Assembly (NCBI RefSeq): GCF_004010195.1
Contig: NC_057755.1
Location: forward strand, 7,089,653 to 7,153,652
Source of the DNA: Chiloscyllium plagiosum
Taxonomy: Eukaryota
Direction of reading: 5' to 3'
Length of the DNA: 64,000 nucleotides
This document shows positions 61,974 through 64,000 of this stretch, in pieces. The translations under genes and the position numbers were made by a program. Every line of letters begins with the position of its first letter. The first letter of the stretch is position 1. A model generated the notes under the pieces. It saw only the letters and a list, made by a program, of their open reading frames with translations, was not told the origin of the DNA and made no database searches.

Positions 61974-62874
61974 TTATTTATTCAAAATGCAAGGTATTCG
62001 TGTCACCAGGTATTTTACTGCTTTGCTGATCTTTGCTCTGAACCTAGATAATGTTGCTGCATAAATAAATGTATTTGTGCAACAACTTAGCTTCCGCAGC
62101 ATATAACCAACTTTATTGAAAATAAAAACAAACGATGAGTCATTGGCAGGATTGATTTTGGGAATGACATAATATAAAAATTCGGCAACAACGATTGACC
62201 ACAGGACGATAAAGCTTCCAGATATGGTGAACAGCAAAATCACAGATTTCCTTCTGCTCACTATCTCTGGGTCTCTGCGATTCTCTCCTTTGCTGTCACC
62301 CTTCAGCCTCTTCCGGACTCGGTTGGTCACTAAAATGTATCTAACTGTCAGAGCATTGAGCAACAGAATTAAAACGAATGGCAGTAAAGGAGTCAAAACT
62401 GTATCAAGCCAATCTAATACCACCCACCCAGTCTCAGTAAAATAGCTTGACTTTGTTTTACAGTAAAATGATGCATTGTTCGTTATTACCCAAGGTTCAT
62501 ATTGAAAATAGAAGGGGATATTTTTCAAACAGAACAGGGTGCAAGTTGTGGCGAGAACCAAAGTCGCAGTTTTCTCCGTGCAATATTTCGTTCTCAGCTT
62601 CTGGCAACAAATGGTCACAAATCGGTCAAAGGAGAAAGTGACTGTGAACCAGACAGACCAGTCAGTGGCTGCACGTATTAGGACCCAGTAATGCTACACA
62701 CAGGAGTGATATCAAGGAAAGACCGCGGGTAATAATAAAAGTGAAAACTCTTCAGTATAACATCAGTGATAATGACCATCAGATCAGCAGCTGCCATCAC
62801 TACCAGGTATCGAGTAGTGCAAGGGGAAATACCACACTTTCCACGAGAGAGAATAACAATCGCCAGACAATTAA
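61974..62874 (-). pseudogene. GPR139-like class A GPCR, main coding exon with one frameshift; first exon not found in window
   Basis: Acceptor ttttccacag| then (V)NCLAIVILSRGKCGISPCTTRYLVVMAAADLMV...DITPVCSIT. The frame shifts near 62685-62690 and resumes VLIRAATDWSVWFTVTFSFDRFVTICCQKLRTKYCT...LSCCTNTFIY...ILNK*. Six TM segments plus the end of TM1, with DRF and TNTFIY motifs. Confidence 0.85.
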
Positions 62875-64000
62875 CTGTGGAAAACAAATAGGAAAAGATG
62901 CGGTGAATTACTGATCCGAAATTCCCCTTGTCTATTTCAGACAGATTTTACCAACAAAAACCAATGCATTGTTTGAGTGTAAGTGGCTGGAGTTCAGTGA
63001 GTTTGAACTTTAAGATTGTCCTCCAGCCCAATCGCCACAGAGATTATGCTCAGATGACACCCTAGTCTTGTAAATTCAAGAGAAAATTGGAGAGGCCTCA
63101 TTTGGAAAACAAAACGATCAGCACCATTGCAGCATTAGTGGCATCATCTATGGGAGAGAAAGAAAAAACGTTTTGGGATCATTGATTATTTGAGTAGAGA
63201 ATGTGAATAAGAGTGAGGTTGTAGTTGCATCAGCCTCCACCACTTCCTCTGGCAGCTCATTCCATATAGGCACCATCCTCTGTCCCTTTTAAAACTTGCA
63301 CCTCTCACATTCACATTTCGAGTCCAGTGACCCTTCGTCAGAACTAGCTTGCATGATTGCTCTTCATATCCTGAAACCCCGTGAAACTGAAACAGGTGAC
63401 AGAATACTGAGATCAGAAAAAGCTACTGTAGCAGGGAGTCTCGGTCATTGGACAATTTTACCAGGAATGTTGCTCAGTGAATTGCTATCACTGTTTCAGT
63501 GTCTGGAGAAAGCTAATCAGTCCGCGAGCTGGAGATGTTGTTGTTCGAAAGATAAAACTAGGCAGCAGATTAGCAGCTGATGAAAACAAAGTTCTAACGT
63601 CATAATGCCATACCAGGGACTCCAATAAGAGCAAGGATGGTGTAGAACACTTTCATCACGTGTTGAATTGGGTGATGCATTTTTCCATGCAAGACGATCT
63701 GTCCCTTCAGGCAGCTGACAATCTCCTTGTTTTAAACTCTGATGCATTTCCAGAGACACTGCCTTATACTGTGTCGAATCTCCATGGGGATATCAAGGTT
63801 GAAATATTGCTCAACTTTGTTGCTGTTTTTCAAAATTCTGCAAATGACGAAACTAATTACAATTACGAGTTCAATCCCATTCAGGATATTTGTTATTCAG
63901 CATGTCATAATAAAATAACAAAAAGATAATGTGGAATATTCAAGCAATAACGCTCTCCTCTCAAACACCACGACCCATTGCAGAGATCACAAATTATTTC

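Noticed and set aside
63455..63520. Possible first exon of the GPR139-like gene (ATTCCTG|gtaa on the minus strand)
   Set aside because: The upstream frame is hydrophilic (NSDSNSLSNIP) with a nearby stop, not the expected first half of TM1.

Overview
Vertebrate genomic DNA, almost certainly from a shark. HE1-type tRNA-SINEs, CR1 LINEs and a GPR139-like receptor point to a cartilaginous fish; that assignment is inferred from repeat content. Two host genes are present. (1) On the + strand, 11 exons (2411-29610) splice in frame, with GT-AG introns and consistent phases, into a ~411-aa ORF whose first exon lies outside the window. The protein has an EHD/dynamin-superfamily P-loop domain (G1 GNHSAGKS, G3 DTPG, G4 SKAD), a helical linker, a C-terminal transmembrane region and a basic helical tail, i.e. 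an uncharacterised membrane-anchored large NTPase. (2) On the - strand, the main exon of a GPR139-like GPCR (61974-62874) carries a single frameshift. The rest is mostly transposon debris: CR1 LINEs, SINEs, a solo LTR, a FLYWCH/Mutator-like DNA transposon and a split Penelope-like element. The most notable non-coding pattern is a set of short Penelope-derived elements carrying minimal hammerhead ribozyme cores. They often sit as inverted pairs with 13-16-bp target-site duplications, and two of them enclose captured genomic DNA. Exon boundaries were read by hand; repeat boundaries are approximate.
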